Shown piece after piece: positions 49,960 through 59,541 of a stretch of DNA of 64,000 nt (position 1 is its first letter; each line of letters opens with the position of its first letter). The notes under the pieces were generated by a model, which did not search any database, had not been told where the DNA came from, and saw nothing but the letters and a program-made list of their open reading frames with translations. Origin of the DNA: a virus (taxonomy: Duplodnaviria > Caudoviricetes). Made by a program: the position numbers and the translations under genes. Where the stretch lies: positions 1-64,000 of IMG/VR virus record IMGVR_UViG_3300014039_000022; one strand, written 5' to 3'.

Positions 49960-50743
49960 CCTGCGACTCCTTTACGTATCTCTGCTTCATGTTCTGACGC
50001 ACAAACGACGCTATATTGGCAAGGTCGTCATCGGCATTGTTGTACTTGTCTGCCGGTCTGTAGGCCGCGCCGAGTATATCCTTCACAACCTGCGCTATTA
50101 TATTCGGTATCAACGCGTCCTCAACAGGGAACGCGCAATCGTCTATATCCTTGTCTGGCTCTGTTATGGCGTAAACCTCGGACGGATTCTCAAACACGGC
50201 GTATAGGTTGACCTTACTTACCAACTCAAGACGCTCCACATTGCCGCTCTTGAGGTATAGATGTCTGTCTATCCCTATCGTCGCGTATATGAAGTTCTTG
50301 AGATACTTATGCCAGTTGGTGTACTCAAACCTGTCGTTATCCACGTATGTGGCGACACTCTTGAATAAATCTGTTATGTAAACCTTCGGCACAAACCCCG
50401 GAAGAATCGCCGGTATCTCTGTATCCCTGCTGTATTTGTAGTTGCTTTTGCGATGCGTCTGACTATTCTCGATAATGTAGTCAAGCCCGTCATCGGAATA
50501 TATGTTCGCCTCAAGGTCTTGCGGTCTCACAAGATACAACTTGTCTATCGGTATAAACTGGTAGTTACCCGACGACACATTCGTTCCGTCCTTGGCTTTG
50601 CCGCTGTCGTAAGTCTGCCTCAAAGCCGTTGCGCGGTACTTGTCAAGGAGGAACATAACGTGTTCCTCAGTGACTTGCGTGTCGTCGCTGAAAGCCTTAA
50701 CCATATCGAGGCAATAATAAACCATCTGTCCGTATGTAGTCAT
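49946..50743 (-). CDS. Tail ring protein R2-like
   Basis: MTTYGQMVYYCLD..SDD..TEEHVMFLLDKYRA; C-terminal AYRPADKYNNADDDL. Confidence 0.75.
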   Translation of the reverse strand: MTTYGQMVYYCLDMVKAFSDDTQVTEEHVMFLLDKYRATALRQTYDSGKAKDGTNVSSGNYQFIPIDKLYLVRPQDLEANIYSDDGLDYIIENSQTHRKSNYKYSRDTEIPAILPGFVPKVYITDLFKSVATYVDNDRFEYTNWHKYLKNFIYATIGIDRHLYLKSGNVERLELVSKVNLYAVFENPSEVYAITEPDKDIDDCAFPVEDALIPNIIAQVVKDILGAAYRPADKYNNADDDLANIASFVRQNMKQRYVKESQDGGE

Positions 50744-50764
50744 ATCAAACGTTTGTTAATGATG

Positions 50765-50772
50765 CAAATATA
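50765..50772 (-). promoter_or_regulatory. Bacteroidetes -7 promoter element for the tail operon
   Basis: TATATTTG on the - strand, 21 nt upstream of ATG 50743. Confidence 0.55.
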
Positions 50773-50825
50773 GGTAAAATCAAGCCAAGTATAAACAAGG
50801 TTAATCATGTGTTAACAACAAGAGA

Positions 50826-50855
50826 GTGGGGACCAACCTCACGGCTAATCCCCAC
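50826..50855 (-). terminator. GNRA-capped hairpin after auxiliary capsid gene
   Basis: On the - strand, GTGGGGATTAGCC-GTGA-GGTTGGTCCCCAC followed by a pyrimidine-rich tract. Confidence 0.6.
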
Positions 50856-50896
50856 CAACAAAACAATTATTCGTTATGAAACTGAAAGAAAGTAAC

Positions 50897-51706
50897 CTAC
50901 TGCTTAGCCGAAGCCTTGAGTACAATCACGTCAAAGTCGGTTGAGTGGTAGTCCTGTACATCACCGAAATAGCGCAGATGATATATAGTGGCGTCATACT
51001 TCTTGGTAGGGTCGATAACATAACTGCCCACCTCATGATAGAAAGGCCAACCCTTGTAGTTTGTCTGACCGCCACGCTCACCCATCGCGAAATGCTCCAT
51101 ACAGGCGTACTTCGCGCCGTCAGCCGTCGCCGAGTCAACAGACTCCACAGCAAGGGTGAACTCACTTCCGGAGAGATTGTCCTCGCTGGCGCCAATCTCA
51201 AGTCCGAGACACTTGATGTTGTTGACGTCAAAGCGTGAAGGGTTATACATAGGGTCTTCATCGGTAACACTTACAGCGTTTTCGGCGGTAGCAACAGTAA
51301 GAGCCACAACACCCTTTTCGTTCTTAAGCGTCTTTTCAACTTGAGCCTTAAGGAGGCCTCCAAGAGCCTTAACAATATCGTCGCCATCCGATGCGGCCTG
51401 ATAAGACACGGTAAGGACATTGCTGTCCTCAACTGAGAATCCGCCATACCTGAGTGTAAGTGAGTACCAGTCACCCTTTACTGCCGTGAAACTCACGTTG
51501 GTAAGGGTGGTCTTGTTCTTCTTGAGCATCCCGCCGGTAAGGGTGGTTGTCGATACAATCTCAGTAAACAGAGGGGAGCGCTTTACGGTCCCGTCAGACT
51601 GGGTTATCTTAAGATATGACGCCGGCTTTATCCCGGCTACCTTGGTGTCGGTCTTTACAGCCGTACCCTCAAAGAGGTGAAGCACCTGATTCGTAGAAAT
51701 ATTCAT
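50897..51706 (-). CDS. Auxiliary capsid protein
   Basis: N-terminal STNQVLHLF and C-terminal MEHFAMGERG..YKGWP resemble the crassvirus auxiliary capsid protein. Confidence 0.7.
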   Translation of the reverse strand: MNISTNQVLHLFEGTAVKTDTKVAGIKPASYLKITQSDGTVKRSPLFTEIVSTTTLTGGMLKKNKTTLTNVSFTAVKGDWYSLTLRYGGFSVEDSNVLTVSYQAASDGDDIVKALGGLLKAQVEKTLKNEKGVVALTVATAENAVSVTDEDPMYNPSRFDVNNIKCLGLEIGASEDNLSGSEFTLAVESVDSATADGAKYACMEHFAMGERGGQTNYKGWPFYHEVGSYVIDPTKKYDATIYHLRYFGDVQDYHSTDFDVIVLKASAKQ

Positions 51707-51732
51707 AATCAACTATAGTTAATGTTAAACGT

Positions 51733-52377
51733 TTATTGCCATACTGATTTGGCTAACTCAACAGCCCGAATCAACACCATACGGTGCATATTTTCGGGTA
51801 GACAACAAGTCTGCCTGTTGAGCGTCTCGCCGTCAATCTCGATATTGTCCTCAAGCACTATAGGCCTCGGCTTTTCGACATAGTGTATCTCATAAGACTG
51901 CAACTCCTTCCCCTTGGCCGGTATTATCTCCGACAGTCTGACCGCGTCTCCGTCTGTACGGGTAATCCTTAACGCCCTCTTGCCTGTCGGCCCCCTGAAA
52001 GGGTTTCTTACGGTTCTTAAAAACATATCCTGCTTTACGGGTATGACCTCAACCGGAAGATTATCAACCACCCCGTTCTCAAGGGTTATATACCAGACCT
52101 TGGAAGGAATCTCAACCTTATATGTGGTCCAACCGTAAAGTTCGTCCTTTTCAAAAGAGGTGAAACCCATACGTTTGGTAACACTTGAAAGGTATGACGT
52201 CAACTCCTCCGTAGACTCGAAAGACTGCTCGCCAGACGAGTATAACCCCCTCACGACAAGTTCCTGCGCCTGTGTGAGGAAAAGGCTCTTCTCGTAGTCG
52301 TTGAGACCCGGCGCCTTGTTTGACGCTATGTTGTTGAAGAGCAAGTCGAACTCTATGGAGAAATCGTCAACAGTCAT
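51733..52377 (-). CDS. Tail ring protein (R3/R4/R5 family)
   Basis: FS.EFD.LFNNI.SN.APGL..YEKSLFLTQAQ; NPFRGP; H..V..RAVELA. Confidence 0.8.
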   Translation of the reverse strand: MTVDDFSIEFDLLFNNIASNKAPGLNDYEKSLFLTQAQELVVRGLYSSGEQSFESTEELTSYLSSVTKRMGFTSFEKDELYGWTTYKVEIPSKVWYITLENGVVDNLPVEVIPVKQDMFLRTVRNPFRGPTGKRALRITRTDGDAVRLSEIIPAKGKELQSYEIHYVEKPRPIVLEDNIEIDGETLNRQTCCLPENMHRMVLIRAVELAKSVWQ

Positions 52378-52380
52378 ATC

Positions 52381-53346
52381 TTACTTTGTCTTTGCCTGAA
52401 TCGAAAACAGCAGCTCCTGATTCTTAGGGAGTCCAAGCCACTTTGCCGCAACGGTTATTGTCGGAGCCTCGTTGTCACCACAGAGAGGCTGCCCGTCATA
52501 ATAGTAATACTCACCCCTCCTCGACACAACCTTCTCCTCGACACCACGCATGAGCGTTACCTTGATGCGCAGCAGAGGGTCTGTTATTACCTCAAGGAAC
52601 CTCTTAGGGTTATTGTCTATCATATCCACAATCTTGTCGCGCATGAACTCAACCTTGGAGTTGATATCAACCTGCCTTCCGGTGATTGTGTGTATGATGC
52701 ATCGCAGCACATCCTTGTCATCCCTAACCCTGCCGAACTCCTCGTAGCACCTCATCTTGTTTGACGTCCTGTTCGAGGTCTCGGTGAATACGTCTGAGTC
52801 ACTAACCATAACGTACTGGTAGGTAGCCTTAGGCTTCTCCTCAAGGTCTTTTGTTGAAGGGCAGACTATATCCTTGTTCGCCAGAAGCACCTTGTATTTG
52901 ATATAGTCGGTAGGCACAGACAAATCAAGTATTGTGTCATCCTTACCCAACCTCACCATAAGGTTCTCCCAATAGTTGTCCTCCTTCTTGTAGACCGACA
53001 ACGCGCCGTAATCCAGCTGCATTATCTCCTCGAGGTATTCCTTCTCGGCCTTTGTGAGCGGATTCGCTATCGTGCCGTTCTTAAGCATCGGTACGGTAAG
53101 CATCGTGAAAGCCCCCTCAACCTTTCCGCCGTAATAAGGATGTTTCCTGTCAAGCCCTCCGGTTTCGTTCGGTATGAACTTGACTGTAACCCTCTCGTTC
53201 CTTAGGCAGTTTATAGGCTTGTCAGCCACAACCCGCTTGTCTGCCGCCCTGTCAAGACGCATCCTTGGCTTCCTGTCCGGCTTGCTCACCTCCTGCATAG
53301 GGATGTCAGCCTTTTCCGTAGTGTCTATCTGTATCAACTCTTCCAT
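52381..53346 (-). CDS. Conserved crassvirus protein downstream of MCP
   Basis: CLRNERV.V, LDLSVPTDYIKYKVLLAN; conserved position. Confidence 0.7.
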   Translation of the reverse strand: MEELIQIDTTEKADIPMQEVSKPDRKPRMRLDRAADKRVVADKPINCLRNERVTVKFIPNETGGLDRKHPYYGGKVEGAFTMLTVPMLKNGTIANPLTKAEKEYLEEIMQLDYGALSVYKKEDNYWENLMVRLGKDDTILDLSVPTDYIKYKVLLANKDIVCPSTKDLEEKPKATYQYVMVSDSDVFTETSNRTSNKMRCYEEFGRVRDDKDVLRCIIHTITGRQVDINSKVEFMRDKIVDMIDNNPKRFLEVITDPLLRIKVTLMRGVEEKVVSRRGEYYYYDGQPLCGDNEAPTITVAAKWLGLPKNQELLFSIQAKTK

Positions 53347-53400
53347 AAAAATCTTCTCCTGTTGTTTTCGATTTCAATTCAATATCTCGATTATTAATCA

Positions 53401-53434
53401 AGTCGGGCAAGTGGGTCAACCACTTGCACCGGCT
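53401..53434 (-). terminator. Hairpin after major capsid gene
   Basis: GCAAGTGG-5nt-CCACTTGC core with outer AGTCGG/CCGGCT pairing. Confidence 0.55.
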
Positions 53435-53442
53435 CTTATATA

Positions 53443-54957
53443 TTATTCGCTAAGAAGCGAAGGGATTATGCTTGCGGTTCTCGTAAGGTCGAGTATGCAC
53501 AAGCCGAACTGTCCGAACTTGGTTATGATAGCCTTGTCGTCCTCAAACGAGGCGTTAGGGTTGCCCCATCTTCCTGTGTAAGGGTCTCTAATACCCCACA
53601 TAATGCTTCTCGCCTCGGTAGGCTGCCCCTTCACTCCAACCTTGAAGATGTTAGGGTGACTCATAGTGCCGATGTCGAAGATGTCGTAACGGTATGACTG
53701 GGCGACACCTCCGTTAGGATGCATAACCTTATTCATCACAGGGTCGTCATAGAACGGATCCACCTCTACAGTCAACTCGATGCCGTTAGGTCCCAAGAAT
53801 TTGGTGAATTGGTATCCAGCCTGCAAAGCGTTCTGATGAAGAGGAGAGTTATCCTTCTTGACCACGCCGAGATTGTCACCATTGTAGGTAAACTCAGTCC
53901 AGCCCGACACGGTGTCTCTCACAGCCTTGTGGAACTGGAGAGCGCCCCTCTCGCCCGTTCTGAGGATAAACTTACGCTCGGAAAGCTCAAGTTTAGCCGT
54001 CGAGATAGCAAGCAAAGTATCCTCAAGCACCTTGAGGTTGAACTTGTTGTAGTAAACAACGTTGCCTCTCTTAAGCTGTGCGAGCAGACCGTCACCCTGA
54101 CGGATAACCTCGCCTGACTTACCGTAGTTGAGATACTCGCCATTTGCGTTTCTGTTAGAGGTAGAGTAGGCGTACACGTTATTCTTGTATTCCCTCCAGG
54201 TCTTCTCGAACTCGTACTCCCAGTAGTGCATCCACATCGTGTCTGTGGTTTTCTGCATCTTGCCGCTCTCGGTCTGTTTAACCACAGGTACACCCATGGC
54301 AATCTTGTGTCCGTAAACGTCGCCGGAAACCTCATCCTTGATACGGATTGTGGAGAACTCGTTAGACATCGTTGAAGGAGACACATAGCGAACTCCGCCG
54401 ACACCCTTGGAGAGGCCTCTCTCAACAGGAGCGTAAGCATAACTGAACTTCTCACCGGCAAGCAGTCTCGCTCCCGGCATACCGTCTGTTCTGCCGTTGA
54501 TAAGCTCAACCTCATAGACATAGTTGGTTCCCTCAAGTTTCTCCTTAGCGGTGATTCTCAGAGGGAATACCTCGTTGAGATTGCCGAGGATAACCTCGCC
54601 GTCGAAGAAGTACTTCTCGCCAAACACGAGGAAGAAAGGCTCTCCATTCGCGCCTACACCGGAATCGGCTGACGTCACTACGGTGCCGTCGAACTTCCTT
54701 GCCTCAACAAGAGGAATGTTACGTCTTGAAGAGCCAATTACATCCCACCAGAACTTCTCATCATTCTCGAACTCCTTTGTAGGGAATTTGTTAAGGATTG
54801 ACTCAAGCGACATTCCGAAATTGCGGGAAAGCAACTCAACCATGAAGTCGGCAACCATCTGAGGGCATCTCGGGTAGAGAGTGTCGATGTGGTTCTTCTT
54901 GGTGATGTTAGTTGCCCATCCGCTGAACTCACGCGTTTCAAATTTTTGTAATGCCAT
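53443..54957 (-). CDS. Major capsid protein (HK97 fold, crassvirus)
   Basis: 504 aa; FPTKEFE..WWDVIGSSRRNIPLVEAR, closely resembling PhiCrAss001-type MCP. Confidence 0.92.
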   Translation of the reverse strand: MALQKFETREFSGWATNITKKNHIDTLYPRCPQMVADFMVELLSRNFGMSLESILNKFPTKEFENDEKFWWDVIGSSRRNIPLVEARKFDGTVVTSADSGVGANGEPFFLVFGEKYFFDGEVILGNLNEVFPLRITAKEKLEGTNYVYEVELINGRTDGMPGARLLAGEKFSYAYAPVERGLSKGVGGVRYVSPSTMSNEFSTIRIKDEVSGDVYGHKIAMGVPVVKQTESGKMQKTTDTMWMHYWEYEFEKTWREYKNNVYAYSTSNRNANGEYLNYGKSGEVIRQGDGLLAQLKRGNVVYYNKFNLKVLEDTLLAISTAKLELSERKFILRTGERGALQFHKAVRDTVSGWTEFTYNGDNLGVVKKDNSPLHQNALQAGYQFTKFLGPNGIELTVEVDPFYDDPVMNKVMHPNGGVAQSYRYDIFDIGTMSHPNIFKVGVKGQPTEARSIMWGIRDPYTGRWGNPNASFEDDKAIITKFGQFGLCILDLTRTASIIPSLLSE

Positions 54958-54974
54958 AAAACAAATGAATTAGT

Positions 54975-56138
54975 TTATAAATCAAGGGCAACTATGCCGT
55001 CAAGGAACGAGTTGTCGTCTCCTCCGCCGTTTGCTAACCTGTAACTTCCGTCACCGTTTCTAGGGGTTGAGTTTATCACCCTCTCCAATTCGGCTATACC
55101 CTTCTTTTTCTCTTTCTCAACCTTTGACTTAACCAACGAGTCGAACGACTTGTAGCCGTCCGTAAGCGCGTACACGAGACCCATAACCTTGCGGAACTCA
55201 ACCGGATTCTCCTTCTCGAACTTCTGCACCGCCGAGTATACCCTTCCTGTCTTGCCGTCCTTGTATACAGGCTTGCTTATAGCGTCATAGGCTCTCTGCC
55301 TTGTCGTTCTGTCAAGCTCGCCTATACCCTTGACGACCTCCTTGTCATCCATTATGGATTTCTTGAGGGACTCGTCAAGTTTTCGGTACTCCTCGCGTTT
55401 GGCGTCAGCCTCGCGCTTCGCCTCGTCACGCAAATCATCATAGGAATCCTTGTAGTACCTCCTGTTCGCCTCAAGAGCGTCCTTGGCGTCTTCGATGTCG
55501 GTCCCGTCGGATACAATCTTGTTGAGCATCCTCGTAGCCTTCTCCTTCGAGTAACCCTTGTTGATGAAGTCCTGATATATCAGTGCCTTCCTCAACTCGA
55601 CGCCTTTGTCGCTCTCATCAGTGATGTTCTCCTCCGTGATTGAGTCGAGGTATCTCAACGTGTTTTCGTACTGGCGTATCTCATCAGGCTCGACGTTGTT
55701 GTCAAGAGCCTCAAGAATACGTCTCTGCGATTCGTCAAGACGATTCCTCACCTCCTCCTCAATCGCGTCCGAGAAACCCTGCGCGTCATTGATTTTGTCA
55801 AAGAACTCATCATTAACAGAAGAGAGCGGGCCGTCCTCCTTCAACGCCTTGGCGATGGAAGAAAAATTGTTGGGAGAAGCGCCTGTCGCCTTAGTAGACG
55901 AACCCTTCCCTTCCTCTGTATCTTTCTTATCGCCACCTACGCTCTCCGAGCCGAATATACTTTCTATCGAACTCTCGGTGACATTCTCTTTACCTTCCTT
56001 TTCCTCCGGCTTTTGAGACTTCCCCTCCTCCTCGCTTACGCTCGTCTTTTCCTCACGCTCGGTCTCCTCGCCGCCACCAAACAAGTCGTTGATTTCAGAC
56101 TCGTCCAGTATGCTTCCAAAATTAAAATCCTCTCCCAT
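54975..56138 (-). CDS. Conserved acidic protein upstream of MCP (putative scaffold)
   Basis: Acidic low-complexity N-terminus, helical core; usual crassvirus position. Confidence 0.7.
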   Translation of the reverse strand: MGEDFNFGSILDESEINDLFGGGEETEREEKTSVSEEEGKSQKPEEKEGKENVTESSIESIFGSESVGGDKKDTEEGKGSSTKATGASPNNFSSIAKALKEDGPLSSVNDEFFDKINDAQGFSDAIEEEVRNRLDESQRRILEALDNNVEPDEIRQYENTLRYLDSITEENITDESDKGVELRKALIYQDFINKGYSKEKATRMLNKIVSDGTDIEDAKDALEANRRYYKDSYDDLRDEAKREADAKREEYRKLDESLKKSIMDDKEVVKGIGELDRTTRQRAYDAISKPVYKDGKTGRVYSAVQKFEKENPVEFRKVMGLVYALTDGYKSFDSLVKSKVEKEKKKGIAELERVINSTPRNGDGSYRLANGGGDDNSFLDGIVALDL

Positions 56139-56163
56139 AGTGATATTTGTTTACAATTTGACG

Positions 56164-56195
56164 CAAATATATGTTTGCGCCGAACCAGACGCAAA
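56164..56195 (-). promoter_or_regulatory. Bacteroidetes-type promoter for the capsid operon
   Basis: On the - strand, TTTG-N20-TATATTTG, a perfect -33/-7 consensus, 25 nt upstream of ATG 56138. Confidence 0.75.
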
Positions 56196-56230
56196 CATGT
56201 TAATAATCCGTTAATACCAGCATTAACGAA

Positions 56231-56692
56231 TTATTCAATGGTGATGGTTATAGACTCACCCCTGTCTGAGGCTTCCTTGAGTTTGCCATACAGCGTCTCA
56301 AAGCACCTCTGGCTGTCTGTCAATATATTCCCGGAAGCCTTGCCGACAAGAATACAACCCTCGGTATGAGTCTCGTTTACGCCCCTGTGAATCAACACGC
56401 CGCTGAATCCCTTGACATCAAGAAGTCTCGGAAGGAATCCTCCGCAGAACTTATTGTAATACGCCTTTGACGCAAACCTCGGTGACTTTACCTTCAATGT
56501 GACGTTATATCTTCCGGTAGGTATGGCGGTCTCAGCCTTAACCTTAACCTTGTTTATATCGACAAGACTGTCTGTGGATTTCAATCCTCTGTCTTTGTCT
56601 TCGAGGGTATCGCACACATGCGTTCCATTGATGCTTAATGTACCAATGGTTACCTTGTCTGTCTTTTTGACACGCTTAACTCTTATTTCCAT
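56231..56692 (-). CDS. DUF5675 family (L,D-transpeptidase-like) protein
   Basis: TIGTL, CDTLED, TAIPTGRY, GVLIHRG..HTEGCILVG. Confidence 0.85.
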   Translation of the reverse strand: MEIRVKRVKKTDKVTIGTLSINGTHVCDTLEDKDRGLKSTDSLVDINKVKVKAETAIPTGRYNVTLKVKSPRFASKAYYNKFCGGFLPRLLDVKGFSGVLIHRGVNETHTEGCILVGKASGNILTDSQRCFETLYGKLKEASDRGESITITIE

Positions 56693-56981
56693 TCCTTGTA
56701 TTGTTTATGCGGAGAAGGTCCCTCTTATACCAGACCTTCTCCTTGAAGCCAACCAATTTCCTTCCCGATACTATCTTGCCCTCCCTTACAAGTCTGTCGA
56801 ATGTAGCCCTGCTGACATTCAAATAGTTATACGCCTGATACTTACTCATAGGCCGGTCCGCGACAGCGAATCTTCTTATAAGTCCGGATAAGGTCTCCTC
56901 ATCCTGCTTCGACAATTCCGAGTTGCCGCTGTCTATCTCGTTGATGATGCAGCACAACCCGCTCCTTATACTTCCCAACAT
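56676..56981 (-). CDS. HTH (excisionase-like) DNA-binding protein
   Basis: MSKYQAYNYLNVSRATFDRLVREGKI. Confidence 0.75.
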   Translation of the reverse strand: MLGSIRSGLCCIINEIDSGNSELSKQDEETLSGLIRRFAVADRPMSKYQAYNYLNVSRATFDRLVREGKIVSGRKLVGFKEKVWYKRDLLRINNTRNGNKS

Positions 56982-57021
56982 ATCGAAAAGGTTTATTAGC
57001 AAATATAAACAATACCTACAA

Positions 57022-57435
57022 CTAAATCAAATCCTCCCAGTTTATAGGGACTCCGCCGCCTATGCAGTCGGCATAAAACCTCGTGAACACCATACCCTCA
57101 TAGCCGTCGGGGTCATTCATTATATCGCCTATATATAAAGCCAGCCTGTGGTCGTCAGCTATGCCGGAGCCGAAAAAGTCAGCCTTGCACATATTGGCGA
57201 TATAGACGGCGTCATATATGTAGTCGTTATCTATACTTACAGACCAGTTGCGCAACAGTTGCTCAACCCAATCCTTGGAATAAGGGTTGATGTATTCCTT
57301 CCTGTTGTTTACAGTCTTGTACATCCTCGAGCAAGCCCACTCGCACATCCTTTTCGAGAAGTGCCATCCGTATGACTCTATGTATTCCTCCATTCCAGAA
57401 GGCAGTTTAGCGTTGTAATCCAATCTCATTCCCAT
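57022..57435 (-). CDS. Conserved Bacteroidetes phage protein
   Basis: YGWHFSKRMCEWA, YIANMCKADF, DPDGY..F.RF.ADC..G.PI.WED. Confidence 0.7.
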   Translation of the reverse strand: MGMRLDYNAKLPSGMEEYIESYGWHFSKRMCEWACSRMYKTVNNRKEYINPYSKDWVEQLLRNWSVSIDNDYIYDAVYIANMCKADFFGSGIADDHRLALYIGDIMNDPDGYEGMVFTRFYADCIGGGVPINWEDLI

Positions 57436-57501
57436 ATCAAAACAATCAAAAAGAAACAAACAAAAGAAGGGGTAAGTTAGATTTAACCCACCCCTCCAAC
57501 T

Positions 57502-57687
57502 CTACTCGGCTTCGCCCCGCCTTGAGCGTTTGCGCCCCATAGCCTTCATGGCCGCACGATAACCGTCATCGTAACCACATTCGTAGGAGTCATCATCATC
57601 CTCGTCGTCGTAATCGACATCACTTACATTTCTTCCACTCCTTCTCGAGCGCGTGGCGTTCTCACGTATTTCCCACATTCTTGACAT
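57502..57687 (-). CDS. Small acidic/basic low-complexity protein
   Basis: D-rich core, YECGYDDGY, R-rich ends. Confidence 0.65.
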   Translation of the reverse strand: MSRMWEIRENATRSRRSGRNVSDVDYDDEDDDDSYECGYDDGYRAAMKAMGRKRSRRGEAE

Positions 57688-57690
57688 AAT

Positions 57691-58218
57691 CTATTCCTCC
57701 TTTGTTAATTTGGACAGACGCTCAAGCAGCAGTTTGTTGTTTTCGAGCAATTGGTTTGTGTTACTTTCCATAGAGACTATCCTTGCCTTGAGTGACTCGA
57801 TTTCCTCGCGTTGGCTCTGCCTCTCCGCAAACTCTGGGTTTATGTCCTTGAGTATGTTGTCGTATACAGCAATCAAAGCCTTGTGCTTCTCGTAGCCGTC
57901 TATTATATCCGCACTCTTCTTCTTGAGCGACAGCACCTCGCTGTTTATGGCATCCCTGCTGTCGGATATAGCCACGCAATCCGCACCCATATAGACATCT
58001 GCTATATCAAGGTTGGAAGGCAAATCCTTGAAGTTATGGTTGACACCGTTGACGTTTACTGTAAGGTTGACAACCATTTCGTTCTGCCCGAAAGCCTGTG
58101 GTATGGAATACTTTGGTTTCACCTGCGGAGCCGCAGTTATCACACCTGTCTCTATGTATGGATTGTCTCCCTTGTGGAGAAGATAAACCTGCCCGTTCTG
58201 TCTTGCCGATTGAAACAT
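57691..58218 (-). CDS. Conserved coiled-coil phage protein
   Basis: MFQSARQ.., LPSNLDIAD, C-terminal coiled coil (INPEFAERQ). Confidence 0.7.
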   Translation of the reverse strand: MFQSARQNGQVYLLHKGDNPYIETGVITAAPQVKPKYSIPQAFGQNEMVVNLTVNVNGVNHNFKDLPSNLDIADVYMGADCVAISDSRDAINSEVLSLKKKSADIIDGYEKHKALIAVYDNILKDINPEFAERQSQREEIESLKARIVSMESNTNQLLENNKLLLERLSKLTKEE

Positions 58219-58247
58219 CTGTCCTTGTTTTTAATAATTCAAAATAA

Positions 58248-58580
58248 CTATCCTATAAGTTGCAGCACACCGCTGTTTGAGTCGTAATACATAATGTATA
58301 TACCCGCACCCTTGTAGTCAGCCACGGTCACATTGGCTTCGTCGTAGGTTGTTATATTCTTAACCCCAGAAGCCGACGTGAGCGTGAGCGGAAGCGTAGT
58401 TGTAGTTCCGGAAGGGACAACCTGTGACATCTTCACCAGTATCAAACCGCTGAAAGCGTTGCCAAAAACCCTCCTTGACGTAACGGTGAAATCAACGCTT
58501 GAGGTGCCGACAGTCACCGATTCCGTCTCTATGCGAGGTATGCCGCCTCTGTTGCTGTAGAAAAGATATTGGTTAAGCAT
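58248..58580 (-). CDS. Small beta-rich phage protein
   Basis: NRGGIP..VPSGTTTTLP..GIYIMYYD..LQLIG. Confidence 0.65.
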   Translation of the reverse strand: MLNQYLFYSNRGGIPRIETESVTVGTSSVDFTVTSRRVFGNAFSGLILVKMSQVVPSGTTTTLPLTLTSASGVKNITTYDEANVTVADYKGAGIYIMYYDSNSGVLQLIG

Positions 58581-58606
58581 AACTTATTCCTCCATCCTTT
58601 ATTGAC

Positions 58607-59497
58607 TTAAGCCCACAAACCTTGTGTGTTGTAGCCGTAAAGATTAGCCGCATAAACAGAAGGCACAGCCGTAAGTTGCGGATAAGGCACTGCAACGGTA
58701 GGTGGCTGAGCCGCCTTGATGGCGTTGACATCAGCGGCTATCGGAGATATCACGCTCGCCACATACTGCTGGATTGCCGCCGTCTGCTGCGCGTTGTTGA
58801 TGTTGCTCAGAAGTGTAGACCTCTCCTCCCTCAACGCGTCAATCTTGCTCTGCATCTCCCTCTTCTCCAAGTCGCAGAACTTGTCGCTAAGGAATGTCGT
58901 CTGGGCGGCAATCTGCGCGCTTATAGTGTTGGCGCTGCTGTCTATCTTGCCGCCAAGCATGCATGTCTGCTCCTGTGTTGCAATCCTGTTCTCATAACCC
59001 TGCTGGGTCGCAAGCAACTTGTTGTCGCAGCAACACTGGGCCAATTGTGAAGCCAATTGGTTGTTACCCATCTGTATCGAGTTGATAATCTGCTGTCCGT
59101 TCATTCCGACAGCGTTACTGATGTTGTTGAGGCTTGCCTGTACGGCATTGATGTCGCAGTTGAGAGTGGTAGCCAACTGACTGACAGCGTTACCGTTGCC
59201 GTTTACTGCCTGAAGCAATACGTCTCTGCCGTAATCATTGTTTAACTGGCTTGCAAGCCATTCAGACTGGTTGCCGTTGCGACCGTTCCAGCCGTTGCCA
59301 CCCCATCCCATAAGGAAGAAAAGGAATATAATCCACATAAACCAACCGCCCTCGCCAAATCCGTTGCTGTTATTCTTCATACAAGCCAATACGGAAGGGT
59401 CTATACCCCTCTGCTGTAGAAGCGGAGCGAGCATGCCAAGCATCCCGAACGAGCCGTCCTGCCCGAATACATAAGTTTTTGTTGAATCCTCTGCCAT
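58607..59497 (-). CDS. Gly/Asn-rich TM plus CCC-motif coiled-coil protein
   Basis: WFMWIIFLFFLMGWGGNGW TM segment, LAQCCCD, Q/N-rich coiled coil. Confidence 0.75.
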   Translation of the reverse strand: MAEDSTKTYVFGQDGSFGMLGMLAPLLQQRGIDPSVLACMKNNSNGFGEGGWFMWIIFLFFLMGWGGNGWNGRNGNQSEWLASQLNNDYGRDVLLQAVNGNGNAVSQLATTLNCDINAVQASLNNISNAVGMNGQQIINSIQMGNNQLASQLAQCCCDNKLLATQQGYENRIATQEQTCMLGGKIDSSANTISAQIAAQTTFLSDKFCDLEKREMQSKIDALREERSTLLSNINNAQQTAAIQQYVASVISPIAADVNAIKAAQPPTVAVPYPQLTAVPSVYAANLYGYNTQGLWA

Positions 59498-59541
59498 AAT
59501 AAATACATTTTAGTGTTAAACATTATCTGTAGCTACGAAAG

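Noticed and set aside
53719-54941. Overlapping alternative-frame and antisense ORFs in MCP (e.g. 53919..54536) and other long genes
   Set aside because: No recognisable motifs; explained as shadow ORFs from codon bias.
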